NCBI RefSeq assembly: GCF_006345805.1
Contig: NC_043002.1
Span: 95,418,001-95,482,000 of the forward strand
Length of the DNA stretch: 64,000 bases
Direction of reading: 5' to 3'
Origin: Octopus sinensis
Lineage: Eukaryota
Part shown: positions 12,136 to 24,718 of the stretch, one piece after another
How positions within the stretch are numbered: position 1 is the stretch's first letter
Layout of the letters: each line of letters starts with the position of its first letter
Position numbers and translations under genes: made by a program
Notes under the pieces: model-generated
Database searches by the model: none
Told to the model about the DNA's origin: nothing
What the model saw: only the letters and a program-made list of their open reading frames with translations

Positions 12136-12552
12136 TGGTGGGAGGAGGAAAAGGGAAGGAGGGAGAGGGAGAGGAGAGGAGGAAGAGGAGATGAGGAAGA
12201 TGAGGAAGAGGAGATGAGGAAGATGAGGAAGAGGAGAGGAGAAAGAGGAGAGGAGAAAGAGGAGAGAAGGAAGAGGAGGAGGAGAGGAGGAGGTGGATGA
12301 AGAGGAGAGGAGGAAGAGGAGATGAGGAAGAAGAGGAGATGATGATGAAGAGGAGGATGAAGATGAAGAGGAGAGGAGGAAGAGGAGATGAGGAAGAAGA
12401 GGAGATGATGATGAAGAGGAGGATGAAGATGAAGAGGAGGAGGAGAGGAGGGGAGGAGCAGGAAGAGGAGGGGCAGGAAGAGGAGGAGGAACAAGAAGAG
12501 GAGGAACAGGAAGAGGAGGAACAAGAGGAGGAGCAGGAAGAGGAGGAGGGTT
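12135..12552. repeat. Polypurine (GAG/GAA/GAT) low-complexity tract with an internal ~63-bp duplication
   Basis: Direct inspection; abuts the tail of a family-E element. Confidence 0.9.
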
Positions 12553-14019
12553 AGTTTCACTTGACAGATGGTGTTCATCATGAAACAGGTCATAAATATC
12601 ATTATGCACCGTCTTCAAAATTCAGTAACCTACGGCACCAAACAAAATGTTGATTTGTGTAACGAAGCAACTAATCTACGTGATGATACATGAGGATTTT
12701 GAAAATGTTAATGGGAATCAAGAAAAGAACTCTATCAAAGACAAATTGGAACTTTTAGAATATGTCACTTGCTTTTATAGATAAATTAGTTTCATTAAGC
12801 TTTTAACGAATAATATTAGTTATAAATAATATTCATCTTTATTATAATGCAAGAACATACCGTCTTATTTCTTATGCTCTCTCAGTCTCTCAGGTAGTTA
12901 CATTTCTGGCCCACTGAATCAATCCGCTTCTGTCTTTTGCCTTCATTCTCTGGTTCATAACCAATAAGAACACTAAATGACTCATATCAGACAAAAGCAC
13001 CAATTTCTTCAAGACTACATGACTTTGCTTAAAGGAAATGTTTCAGATTTCAATTTCATTTAATATAAAATTGTCCATTTCTTATTTGATACAAATTAGT
13101 GTCAGACAATTTGTTAATGGTGTTTAAGATAAGTGAAGCATTTGTGTTTAATGATCAATACAAGTAAAGCACACACACACACACACCAAATGATATCAGC
13201 ACAGATACACCAGATAGTATCAGCACATACACAACACATGCTCATGCACCTACTTATATGCACATGCTTACATTTATTTTCATAGACACACACACATGTT
13301 CACATTCACACACCTATACACACATACACACATATGTTTACACTCATAAGCACACACATATAGACATGCTCATATACCCAAACATACGTACACATATTTC
13401 GAAGCCAAAGAGCCAAGGAAGAAATAGCAATATGTAAAATAAGAAAATAACTTTAAAGGCAAGAACAAACACAATATTGATTTTCAGTTTTGATCAAACC
13501 TCTTGAGATAAAAAGAGAATTGATTAGGTCAGGAGTGGATCTAACAAAGCCGTAAAACTTGAGGGATAGGAATAAAAAATATATATAATAATCCAAAACA
13601 AGATATCGACTTTTAAAAAGTAGTTACCTGGTTAAGAAATAGCTAAAATAAATAAATTATTTCAGTAAAATTTTAGTTTAAGAAAAAGCATTCATGTTAA
13701 GGGGTGTAAATATGGTAGGGAAGAGATCAACAATGCTAGTTATTTAGTGTCATGCCATATGTTTAAATAAGTATCTTTTATCTTTTATTTGCTGCAGTCA
13801 TTAGACTGTGGCCATGCTGGGGCACTGCCTTGCAGGGTTTTAGTTGAACAAATTGCCCCCCAGTACTCAATTTTTGTTAAGTCTGGTACTTATTCTATCG
13901 GTTCCCTATTCTATCTGTTTCCATTTTGCTGAATCGCTAAACACACTATAAACACATCAACACTGACATAAACACACCAACACCACTTTCAAGTGGTAGT
14001 AGGGGACAAACACACACGC

Positions 14020-14054
<35 letters not shown>

Positions 14055-14058
<4 letters not shown>

Positions 14059-14280
14059 GTTAATCCAAACATGAGAACACAAAGAAAAAACACAACAACA
14101 CGAGGACGTGGAACTAGTATAGTATTATTGGACGCTCAGGAAAGAAGGAAAGAAGGAGGGTTTAACGTTTCGAGTGGAGCTCTTCGTCAGAAACATAGGA
14201 AAAGGAAAGATCCAAAGAAGGGAAGACGGAGGAGAAAAAAATCGCCAACAGTACACACGTGGTCACATTTTGAATGTTGT
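14055..14280 (-). mobile_element. Short non-autonomous Penelope/retrozyme-like element carrying an HHR
   Basis: Homologous to 50617-50850 and 6150-6640; inserted in a microsatellite. Confidence 0.6.
14160..14194 (-). ncRNA. Minimal type-I hammerhead ribozyme with intact core
   Basis: Minus strand GTTT-CTGACGA-A-GAG-CTCCA-CTC-GAA-ACGT-T-AAAC: 4-bp stem I, G10.1-C11.1 pair, loop-less palindromic stem III. Confidence 0.75.
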
Positions 14281-14499
14281 ATATATATATATATATATAT
14301 ATATATACAACAAGCTTCCTTCAGTTTCTGTCTATCAAATCCACTCACAAGACTTTGGTCGACCTGAAGTTATAGTTTTCTACTGTATGGTAGAAGACTC
14401 ATGCCCAAAGTGTCACACAGTGAGACTGAACCAGGAATCATGTGGCTGGAAAGCAAGCTTCTTATCACATAGCCATGCCTATAAATTTAATAGATATTC

Positions 14500-14890
14500 T
14501 TTTATTTGTTTCAGTCATTTTGACTGTGGCCATGCTGGAGCACCACCTTAAAGGGTGTTAGTTGAAGAAATTGACCCTAAGACTTATTCTTTTGCAAGCC
14601 TAGTGCTTATTCTATTGGTCTCTTTTGCTGAACCACTAACTTACGAGGACATAAACACACCAGGATAGATTGTCAAGCAATGGTGGGGGGGGGGTCAAAA
14701 ACAGACACACGCACACATATATCTATACAACAAGCTTCTTCCAGTTTTTGTCTACCAAATCCACTCACAAGGCTTTGGTTGGTCTGAGGTTATAGTAGAA
14801 GTCACTTGCCCAAGGTGCTACACAGTGGGACTGAACCCAGAACCATGTGGCTGCGAAGGAAGCTTCTCACCACACAGCCACACCTGCACC
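14500..14890 (-). mobile_element. SINE family A, near full length
   Basis: Reverse complement of the family-A consensus. Confidence 0.85.
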
Positions 14891-15032
14891 TATATGTAAA
14901 AAATTAAAATTATGTTCTGAGTTCAAATTCCGCCAAGGCTGACTTTGCCTTTCATCCTTTCGGGGTCTGGGGTTGATCTAATCGACTGTACCTAGAGTAC
15001 AAAACAATATTGTATTCTGATTTATTACTCAG

Positions 15033-15110
15033 TACTTTGGCCAAGTAGCATCAGATCGACCAATGTCCCAAGAATCAAGTTTGGTTGATAGAAACTGTGC
15101 TGATGTCATT
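15033..15110 (+). CDS. Candidate 78-nt phase 0-0 internal exon (YFGQVASDRPMSQESSLVDRNCADVI), gene unknown
   Basis: Acceptor tattgtattctgatttattactcag, consensus donor GTAAGT, frame-preserving and open; unique sequence. Confidence 0.45.
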
Positions 15111-15188
15111 GTAAGTGTGTGTGTGTGTGTGTGTGTGTGTGTCTGTCTGTCTGTCTATGTGTGTATCAGTGTTATCAACCAATAGTGC

Positions 15189-15230
<42 letters not shown>

Positions 15231-15374
15231 AATAGAAAGCTGACTCAATACTTCCATAAAGTGAAAATGATGACACAGAGTACAAAGTTTCAAGACCAAC
15301 CAATAGCTGACAGTTTCATTGCCAAAGCATAAAACTATAACAGCAACTCCTCATATTGGCTGACATTGTTTACT

Positions 15375-15620
15375 GGAATACCTTCTCAAGTCATACTGAC
15401 GCATAAGAGCCGTTTTCCTAGTTTCTATGCTGTATATATTCCCAACTGGGACAGGATGCCAGTCCATCACAGGATCACTCATTTTTGCCAGCTGAGTGGA
15501 CTGAGCAACGTGAAATGAAGTACTTTGCTCAAGAACAAAATGTATCACCCGGTCCAGGAATCAAAACCACAATCTTTCGATCATGTGTCCAACACCCTAA
15601 CCACTAAGTCACATGCCTCC
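15375..15620 (-). mobile_element. SINE family D (tRNA-like head, V-SINE-like body)
   Basis: Shares ccagctgagtggactg...ttgctcaagaac motifs with 28945-29185, ~40545-40670 and ~46020-46160. Confidence 0.7.
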
Positions 15621-15671
15621 ACTATACTGGAACATCAACAGTTAGTCAGTCATCACACACACACACACACA

Positions 15672-15708
<37 letters not shown>

Positions 15709-16479
15709 CGAGCTTTCCACCCACTAAAACCACTCACAAGGCTTTGGTTGGTCGGAGGCTATTGTAGAAGAGACTTGACTTGCCCAAGGTGCCACGTAGT
15801 GGGACAGAACTCAGAACCATGTGGTACACACACACAAAAAAATAAAAAACACACACACACACACAAACAAGCTTCAGCTCAATTTCTGTCCAGCAATTCC
15901 ACTCAGAAGAGACTGATCAGCCCAAGGCTGTAGTAGGAGACTATCATTCAAAATACTGCGGAGTGGCACAGAATTTGAACCTGCGTCCTACTGGGTTGCA
16001 TATTAACTGTCTTAACCATACATCAATACAAACATTTTTGAAAAATTAATAAAGTTGAATGTTGGATAAAATCTGCAATTTTAGCTTTAATCATATGACA
16101 ATAAATGGTTCTTGGATTTACCATTTGGGGTACAAAAATATGAGCAACTGTTTTGTGGCAGGAAATAATAAAAGAATAAAGTATGTAACATACAATACTT
16201 GAATCATAAGGTTTCAGATGTGCTTTATTCTAAAATTAAAACAGAATATTTGATAAATCACCCCCATCATCATCATTTAACATCCATTTTCCATGCTGGC
16301 ATGGGTTGGACAATTTGACTGAAAACTGGTAAGCTGGGGAGCTGCACCAGGTTCCAATTTGATTTCGCATGGTTTCTACTACTGGATGCCCTTCGCAATG
16401 CTAACCATTCAAAGAGTGTAGTGGATGCTTTTTATGTGGCACTGGCATGGGTTTTGTTTGTTCCTTTTCAAGCCATGCC

Positions 16480-16830
16480 CGGCTCATTAGGGCTGGTTTC
16501 CCGGTTTCCTTGGTGTATAGGTTCCCTGATTTCCTTGGCGTATAGGTTCCCTGGTTTCCTTGGCGTATAGGTTCCCCAGTTTCCTTGGCATATAGGTTCC
16601 TCACCTGGATGGGACGCCAGTCTGTCGCAGGTGAGCTGTAAGATGCAGGAGGAAAGAGTGAGAGAAAGTTGCGGCGAAAGAGTAAGCAGAAGTTCGCCAT
16701 TACCTTCTGCCAGAGCTGCGTGGAGCTTAGGTTTTTTGCTCATAAACACACACATCGCCCGGTCTGAGATTCGAACCAGCAATCCCTTGACTGCGAGTCC
16801 ACTGCTCTAACCATTAGGTCATGTGCCTCC
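16480..16830 (-). mobile_element. SINE related to family B, with a 25-bp x4 tandem repeat at its 3' end
   Basis: tRNA-like head at 16750-16830; unit ttccctggtttccttggcgtatagg repeated ~16500-16600. Confidence 0.7.
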
Positions 16831-17136
16831 ACACTGGCATGGGTGCCAGTTACCCAGCACCAGCATCAGCCATGACTATGATCTCACTTGGCTTGACAGA
16901 TCTTCTCAAGCACAGTATATTGCCAAAGATCTCAGTCACCTGTCACTGCCTCCATGAGGCCCAACATTCGAATGGTGCTTTTTTATGTGCCACCAGCACA
17001 GGTGTCAGTTACACAACAATGACATCAGCCATGGCTGTGATTTCACTTGGTTCGACAGGTCTTCTCAAACACGGCATATCATATCTTTGATAAATCATAA
17101 CTGTTGTTACTATGATATTTTTAAAAAATACTTTTC

Positions 17137-17530
17137 AGTGGCTGTGTGGTAAGTAGCTTGCTCATCAACCGGGTTCATTCCTACTGCATGGCACCTTGGG
17201 CAAGTGTCTTCTACTATAGCCTCAGGTCGACCAAAGCCTTGTGAGTGGATTTGGTAGACAGAAACTGAAAGAAGCCCGTTGTGTATATGTATATGTGTAT
17301 ATATATGTTTGTGTGTCTGTGTTTGTCCCCCCAGCATCGCTTGACAACTGATGGTGGTGTGTTTACATCTCCATAACTTAACATTTCGGCAAAAGAGACC
17401 GATAGAATAAGTACTAGGCTTCCAAAGAATAAGTCCTGGGGTGAATTTGCTCAACTAAAGGTGGTGCTCCAGCATGGCCGCAGTCAAATGACTGAAACAA
17501 GTAAAAGGGAGTAAAAAGAAAGCAAGAGTA
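17137..17530 (+). mobile_element. SINE family A, near full length
   Basis: Head, CORE-like motif, internal microsatellite, gactgaaacaagtaaaa tail. Confidence 0.85.
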
Positions 17531-19589
17531 AATAAAATTTGAACTCAGCAAATTCTTACATCATCATCACAAATCATTGAAATTGAGGTAAAAATAACAA
17601 AAAAGTGAATTTCTTACTAAAAGAAATGATATTTTAGTGTATAATTCATTGAAAGATTTGAAGAGAATTAAATAATTTCAAAATCATGATATAAGCGGTA
17701 ATAAAATAGTTGTAAATATTACGTCAATAGCATTTAGATATATCCACCTATTTTACTCTGGAGAATTGCATTTAGTATTTCTACTGAATGGTTGACATTT
17801 TGGATTCGCTAGAAATCAATAACTAACTATAACTGATGGAACTTAAGATACCTTGGATTTTTTGGTTTACGAGTATTTTTATTCTTGGAGACATGTATGT
17901 ACGGTGATGGTGGGTGAGTATATGCATGTATGTACACGTGCATACTCATATATGCATACTCACATACAGCACTTTGGTTATATTTATATGTCAGGAATAT
18001 AAATAAATAAAAAAAATGGTAAATGTCATTGAAGCCTAACAGAGCCTATAAGAAGTTACATTTCACGGTGTTAAGCAGAACAATATAAATCTTCTTCAGG
18101 ACATGGCATAAGTCTACTGCAAACAATGTGTTCAGATGATCTGGAACATATTCTATACTGACACACAGAACTGAGAGTGGTGTCCAAATACACAACAAAA
18201 TTTCCACAGTAGATTTAAGATGGTTAGTGGTCCAGTAAGTTATGTAATTGGTCACTCAGCTATTTCGCCTTCACATGAAAAGTGAAGTACTTTCCATAGA
18301 TGACTTTAACTGAATATATATTATAATGTATTTTCAAAAATACACATAAAAATTCATAAATACATATATACATAATATACATACACACATATATATATAT
18401 ATGCAAATATATATAAAATACATGTGTGTGTGTGTGTGTTTGTGTATATATATAATATATAATGTATAATATATACATAACAGATACAAATGCAAATACA
18501 CACGCACACATACATATACACATATAAACACACACACATATAATCTGTTAATATGTGAACATTGAACAAGTAGAGAGAACTCAATACCTCTGGCAAAGTT
18601 AGACAGGATCTTTGCAAAGTTCTTACGATGTACAAATGTGCTGCTTAAATTTCATGGCTAGGAAGTTACTTGACCTCAAAGTACTATTCACTTGTCATCC
18701 ATTCCTAATAAACAAATGGAAGGTGAATGTCTATTCCATTAGAGTTCTAATAGCTTACCTAGTAGCACACTAGTGTATCTTAAGTATTCTATAAAGCTTG
18801 TGTGTGGTTAAGAAGCTTGCTTTACAACCATGTGGTTTTGAGCCCAGTTCCACTGCATGGCACTTTCGGTAAGCATCTTCGGTTATAGCCCCAAGCAAAC
18901 CAATGTCCTGTGAGGGAATTTGGTAGAATGAAACCGTGTGAATGCCTGTCCTATATGTGTGTATTTGTGTTTGTCCCCTACCCCACGGCTTGACAACTGG
19001 TATTGGCATGCTTTTATCCCCTAACTGAGCTGTTGGTCAAAAGAAACCGATAGAGTAAGTACCAAATTTACAATACAAGTACTGGGATAGACATATTCAA
19101 CTGAATCCTTCAAGGTGGTGCTCCAGTATGGCTGCAATCCAATGACTGAAACATGTAAAAGAAGATAGACCAGGAAGATGTGGAACAAAGTGGTGAGAAA
19201 GGATCTTCAGACGTTGGGCCTCACAGAAGGAATAACAGGGGCTGAGATTCCTGGTGGTTTGCTGTGCTTGAGAAGACATGTTAAGCTAAGTAAAATCAAG
19301 GTTGTCCTTGCATTAATGTATGTCCACTGCATCCCTTCCCAGTTGAGTATTCTTAATCTTGTACGTTCGTGGGTGCTGGTGCTGTGTAAAAATCGCCTGT
19401 ACCAATGTCATGTAAATGCACTTGTGCTGGTGCGGCAGAAAAGCACCCAGTACATTCTGTAAAGTTGTTGACATTAGGAAAGGGCATCCAGCTGTAGAAA
19501 CCATAGCAAAACAGACCTGGAACCTGGCTAGCTCCTGCCAAACCAGCCAACCCATGCCAGCATGGAAAACAGATGTTAAATGATGATTA

Positions 19590-19605
19590 TATATATAGTA
19601 ATATA

Positions 19606-19651
<46 letters not shown>

Positions 19652-19813
19652 ATAAATAATATATATATATATATAGTAATATAAATAATATATATATATA
19701 TATATATATATTATTTATATTACTATATATATATATATATAGTAATATAAATAATATATATATATATTATATATATATATATAATATATATATATATATA
19801 TAGTAATATAAAT

Positions 19814-19844
<31 letters not shown>

Positions 19845-19860
19845 GTAATATAAATAATGT
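19590..19860. repeat. TA-derived minisatellite (tagtaatataaataa + (TA)n, about six units)
   Basis: Direct inspection. Confidence 0.9.
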
Positions 19861-20329
19861 ATATGTACATACTTACATCTATATGTGTATATATATGCAT
19901 ATGTGGGCACAGGCCATCATGAAACATGTACAACAAAAAAATACGAAGTACGAATACCTGGAATATGAATTATTTTTTCGAACAACGAAAGGCACAAATG
20001 GAAAACAAGACAAACAACTTAAAGAACGACTCTTCATCAGTTGCTGGCGGTTTTTCTACTCTTGTATTTCAAGCATTTAATAACAATATACGCTTTCGAT
20101 AAAACAGTTGCTTCCGCAAAGCAAATTAAATAAAATTTGGGACTCTGTGGTGGGTCAAAATTGGTAACATAAACAGGTGAGTGTAAACAAACAGGAAGGG
20201 CTGCTAAGCCTAAACGAGGTTGTGGTGGCAAACACATAAATCAAGATTAGACAGGAGACAGACAAGAGCACGTCTTACTTGTTCTAGCTACAACAGAGAG
20301 AAAAAAACACAAGCTAGGAGAAGAAAGAT

Positions 20330-20382
<53 letters not shown>

Positions 20383-20450
20383 ATATGTATATAAATATAT
20401 ATGTATATGTATATAAATATATATGTGTGTGTATATATATATATATATAT

Positions 20451-20491
<41 letters not shown>

Positions 20492-20644
20492 GAGATAGAT
20501 AGATAGATAGACAAAGGTAGATGTAGCCAGTCTATGAGGTTACCCTGGGTTTCATAGCCATAAAGTGTTTAGCTTTACAGCATTCTTCAGACCCTAAGAC
20601 CTGTTCGCCTATGGCCTCTCTAGCAAGTCTACAAGATATATATG

Positions 20645-21570
20645 TATCATCATCATCATCATCATCATTGTCGTCATAGTTCAATGTCCGCTTTCCATGC
20701 TGGCATGGGTTGAACAGTTTGACTGAGAACTGGCAAGCTGGGAGGCTGCACCAGGCTCCAATCTTATTTGGTAAGGTTTCTACAGCTGGATGCCCCTCCT
20801 AATGTCAACCACTCCAAAAGTGTAGCGGGGGACTTTTTACTTGCCACCAGCAGCTTGAACGGTGCTTTAATTTGCCACAACTACGATTTCACTCGGTTCA
20901 ACAGATCTTCACAATCACACCATATTGCTCAATGATTGAAAGGTGTTTTTAAATGGGCCAGTTATGCAACACTGGTATCAGCCATGACTATGATCTTACT
21001 TGCCTTGCTGGGTCTTCTCAAGCACAGAATATCTTGCAATTGCCTCTGTGATGCCCAACGTTCGAAGGTCATGCTTCACCACCTCATCCCATGTCTTCCT
21101 GGCTCTACCTCTTCCATGAGTTCTCTCCACTGTTAGGGTGTGACACTTCTTCACACAACTGTCCTCATCCATACACATCACATAACCACACTAGTGCAGT
21201 CGTCTCTCCTGCACACCACATCTGATGCTTCTTATGTCCAACTTTTCTCTCAGGGCACTTACACCCTGCTGTGTTTGTACACTGACATTACACATCCAGA
21301 GAAGCATACTAGCTTCATTTCTTTCAAGCCTATGCATCAACTCAGCAGTCACAGCCCATGTTTCACTACTGTGTAGCATGGTTGTTTGCACACAGGCATC
21401 ATACAGTCTACCATTCACTCTGAGCAAGAAGCCCTTTGTTATCAGCAGAGATAGGAGCTCTCTGAACTTTGCCCAGCCTATGCTCTCAGAGCATTCACCC
21501 CCATCACTGACTTGGTCACCTAGGTAACAGAAACTATCAACTATTTCTATTTTTTGTTTCCCTGGCATGT
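20645..21570 (-). pseudogene. 5'-truncated RTE-clade LINE: C-terminal ORF relic, 3'UTR and (GAT)n tail
   Basis: ...DSFCYLGDQ...GWAKFREL...ETWAVT...LERNEASMLLWMCNV... and ...GRGRARKTWDEVVKHDL; tail appears as (CAT)n near 20647. Confidence 0.85.
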
Positions 21571-21899
21571 AATAGAATCAGTGTTTACTGCACCTGTGCA
21601 TCTTCCACACACAAAAACTGTCTTCCCAGTTAACCTTCTTTTGATATTGCTGCATCTCTTATGCATCCATAGCTTACACCCGGTACACACACTCACAAAT
21701 CATATTAGCAAGTAATCATTTCATATTCCTTGTCAAACAATTGTTGACAAAATATGTCCATTGTCAACATCATATAATCACTGGTTCCCTGCTATTATTA
21801 CTTAAATTCTATTACAGAATTTCTTCTTTTCTTTTCTAGTGTCAAGTGTTACCTTTTTAATTATTAACATGCATACCTATGTGTATATTCTTTTTCCAA

Positions 21900-22385
21900 G
21901 CAGCCAAAATCAAGATGCATTTCTCAATGTTGTGCCAGGAATCTCTGTGTCCCCCCCCACCCTTAGCTTTAGCAAATCCTCAACTTTATGCTGTGTGCTT
22001 CTGCCAATAACATCTTTGAAGTTGGGTGGAATTCTATTATAGTGCAAAAATCTCCAAAATACGATATCCGATGTGGCCTGTTGCCAGCACAAAAGCAGTG
22101 GCCAGAAAATCCTACCCTACATTGAGAAATTATACAGAGATGGGTGGAACGTGTCCATAAATTTCTTCTTTGGTCTTACACTCATGCCATGAGATGTTTT
22201 GAATATTTGTGAGAAGGTTGGTGCAAATACCATCAAACTGATTTTAGAGCTCCTTCTCCATAGTTCATGTTTCAGCTCCATGGGAAATAATACTCTTTAC
22301 ACATACCCAGAAAAAGGCAAGCCTACCTTGATTTTGAAAGTCCAGGTTACTAGATATTTTGAAGCTTGTTACAGGGAGTCCTCTG
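21900..22385 (-). pseudogene. Decayed C-terminal fragment of a second RTE-like LINE family
   Basis: Frame-shifted ...SIISHGAET*T...DGICTNLL..IQNISWHECKTKEEIYGHVPPIS... resembling RTE post-RT regions. Confidence 0.65.
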
Positions 22386-22500
22386 TGTGTGTGTGTGTAC
22401 ATCCACACACACAAACACACACACAGACCATGATTCTCCAGTGAGAAGTATGTTGTTAGCTCATTCCATTATAGTAAACAGACATGACAGAAGTAAATAG

Positions 22501-22888
22501 GGGGAATGGAAGCACTCCGTTGGTTACGACGATGAGGGTTCCAGTTGATCCGAATCAACGGAACAGCCTGCTCGTGAAATTAACGTGTAAGTGGCTGAGC
22601 ACTCCACAGACACGTGCACCCTTAACGTAGTTCTCGGGGATATTTAGCGTGACACAGAGAGTGACAAGGCCGGCCCCTTGAAATACAGGTACAACAGAAA
22701 CAGGAAGTAAGAGTGAGAGAAAGTTGTGGTGAAAGAGTACAGCAGGGATCACCACCATCCCTGCCGGAGCCTCGTGGAGCTTTAGGTGTTTTCGCTCAAT
22801 AAACACTCACAACGCCCGCTCTGGGAATCGAAACCACGATCCTATGACCGCGAGTCCGCTGCCCTAACCACTGGGCCATTGCACCTCC
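22501..22888 (-). mobile_element. SINE family B (tRNA-Arg-like head), young copy
   Basis: Box A TGGCCCAGTGG and box B GTTTCGATTCC on minus; 14-bp TSD ACAGAAGTAAATAG at 22487-22500 and 22889-22902. Confidence 0.92.
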
Positions 22889-23079
22889 ACAGAAGTAAAT
22901 AGACACCCTATAACACATCGTTGTATGTTTATTCTAACTTGTAAAGCTTTACATTCTTTATTGATAGACATCTTTATATTTCCGTTTCTATATGTGACTT
23001 TTAAATCATACCATATACAAAAGAAGCCTTGGAACTGTCTGTATTTGTGGGTCAATCTGAAGGTGGACATAGCATAAAA

Positions 23080-24008
23080 TCAAGGGAAACTTTGGGATCC
23101 TGCTTTCTACACTTAATAGAGTAAGTGTGCAATTCACCAGAGAGGGAAAGAAGTCCACATCACGTTATCCAGCTTGACCAAGGTTCTCTGACAGGATCCT
23201 TCTCTTTGTTAGGAGACGTGTGGAGGCTAATCCTCATTAAAAGGCCTCTAACACAGCAGAACATGTCAATGTCAGTCCCAGAACAGTTGTCAGGTATCTC
23301 CACAAACTTGGTTACTATGTCAGAGCAGCAAGAAGGAAGCCGCTTCTTTGACCAGCCAATAGCAATTGAAGAAAAGACTGGGCCAGTGAGATGGTGGAGA
23401 GGCCACTAGCATTTTGGAACACTGTCATATTCTCCACTAAGTTCAGATTTACTGTATGTTTTGACAGTCATTAAGTGTTAGTCTGGAGACTCTGTGATCA
23501 AGAATTTGATGCAAAAAGATTGCAGCCAACAATGAAACATGGCAGCTATTCTGTGATGATTTAGGGAGCAATTTGGAGCAATGGTCAGTTAGAGCTGGTG
23601 GAGTGTGAGGGAAATATAAACTCACATAAATATATGTCCATATTGCAGAAAGGACTCCTTCTGATCTTCTCCAGTGGTGAAATGATTAAAGAAGACTCTT
23701 TATGAAAAATGAGGCTCCTTATCACACAGCTAAAATGACCCAAGATTTGTTGGATGAAAATGGCTTTAAAAAGCTTCCATGACCAAGCCAGTCACCAGAT
23801 ATGAACCTATATTGAACACCTCTGGGGCGTAATGGATAGGACACTTCATAAAAAGAACAAGAAAGCATCTTCAAAGCCAGATCTTTTGAGATTACTGCAT
23901 GAAACTTGGCAAGAAATTCCTCAAGAGAATATTCATCATCTGATCATTAACGTGCTTAATAGAATCCTTGCATTGAAAAATGCAAGGGACATGTCTACTA
24001 AATATTAA
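23080..24008 (+). pseudogene. Tc1-family transposase pseudogene
   Basis: ...QPTMKHGSYSVMI*GAIW...APYHTAK...LP*PSQSPDMN/IEHLW...ETWQEIPQE...MSTKY*; stops and frameshifts. Confidence 0.9.
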
Positions 24009-24109
24009 ATATTCACATTATGATAATTAATAAATAATTTGAATGTATAATTTCAGATGTAAATAAATTTGAATGATTATAAAGGTATCTATTTACTTCT
24101 GTCATATCT

Positions 24110-24440
24110 ATGTAGGTCTCAATGAGAATCATTTACCAATCTCCATTCCATTAACTCAAGCTTAACTAAATGCTTGACTATATCTTCCACACTCTTCATT
24201 CTATACATTACTGACATACTCTCTGTCACTTTTAAACATACATGTTCCACTTCAAAGACTAGTGCCACCTGTTATAAGTTTCATTCACGTGTCACAGAGA
24301 GATCTAGCTAACATCTATTGAAATATGACCAAAACCTTCAATTCACTGGGAAGATCATTCAGCACTACCAAAACACAATCACAGCATATATAATAGCATC
24401 ATTGCTTCCTATGACCAACACATGGCTGAATTTATAAAAT
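24110..24440 (-). pseudogene. Highly decayed RTE-like C-terminal remnant
   Basis: Weak resemblance to the same region as 20990-21570. Confidence 0.4.
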
Positions 24441-24718
24441 CTCAACAAATACTACACTTTACAAGCTTTGATGAACATTTTTATACCAAGACTGTATTCC
24501 AAAAGCTAAATTTCTTCAGTGCCACAAACTTATTTGAGATTAGAATGTTGCTTGACTCTGATATGATGCAACACAAATATGTTTTATAAAGCATTGATGA
24601 AAAGGTAATCAACTTTTTTTTCCCCAACATAGTTATAACTTTCCATACCAACCAATATCCAGTCTTGTGCATTTACTTAGTGTTTCTCCCATCACTATTT
24701 AATATATTGAAGTCTATG

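Larger units (their letters stand above)
13785..14480 (-). mobile_element. SINE family A interrupted at its internal microsatellite by an HHR-bearing element
   Basis: 3' half ~13785-14030 and 5' half ~14300-14480 match family A; insert at ~14055-14280. Confidence 0.75.

Noticed and set aside
12079-12618. Pro/Ser-rich and Glu-rich ORFs
   Set aside because: Low-complexity purine tract; no start context or splice support
12550-12630. Minus-strand frame LKTVHNDIYDLFHDEHHLSS
   Set aside because: From the nearest acceptor all frames hit stops
16500-16600. 25-bp direct repeats suggesting a CRISPR-like array
   Set aside because: Contiguous units without unique spacers, part of a SINE 3' end, eukaryotic context
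21839-22092. Apparent host-gene exon near 21900-22040
   Set aside because: The opposite strand is a frame-shifted RTE-like C-terminal relic
22810-22888. tRNA-Arg-like sequence on minus (also ~28060-28136 and ~52395-52473)
   Set aside because: It is the head of a TSD-flanked multi-copy SINE, not a stand-alone tRNA gene
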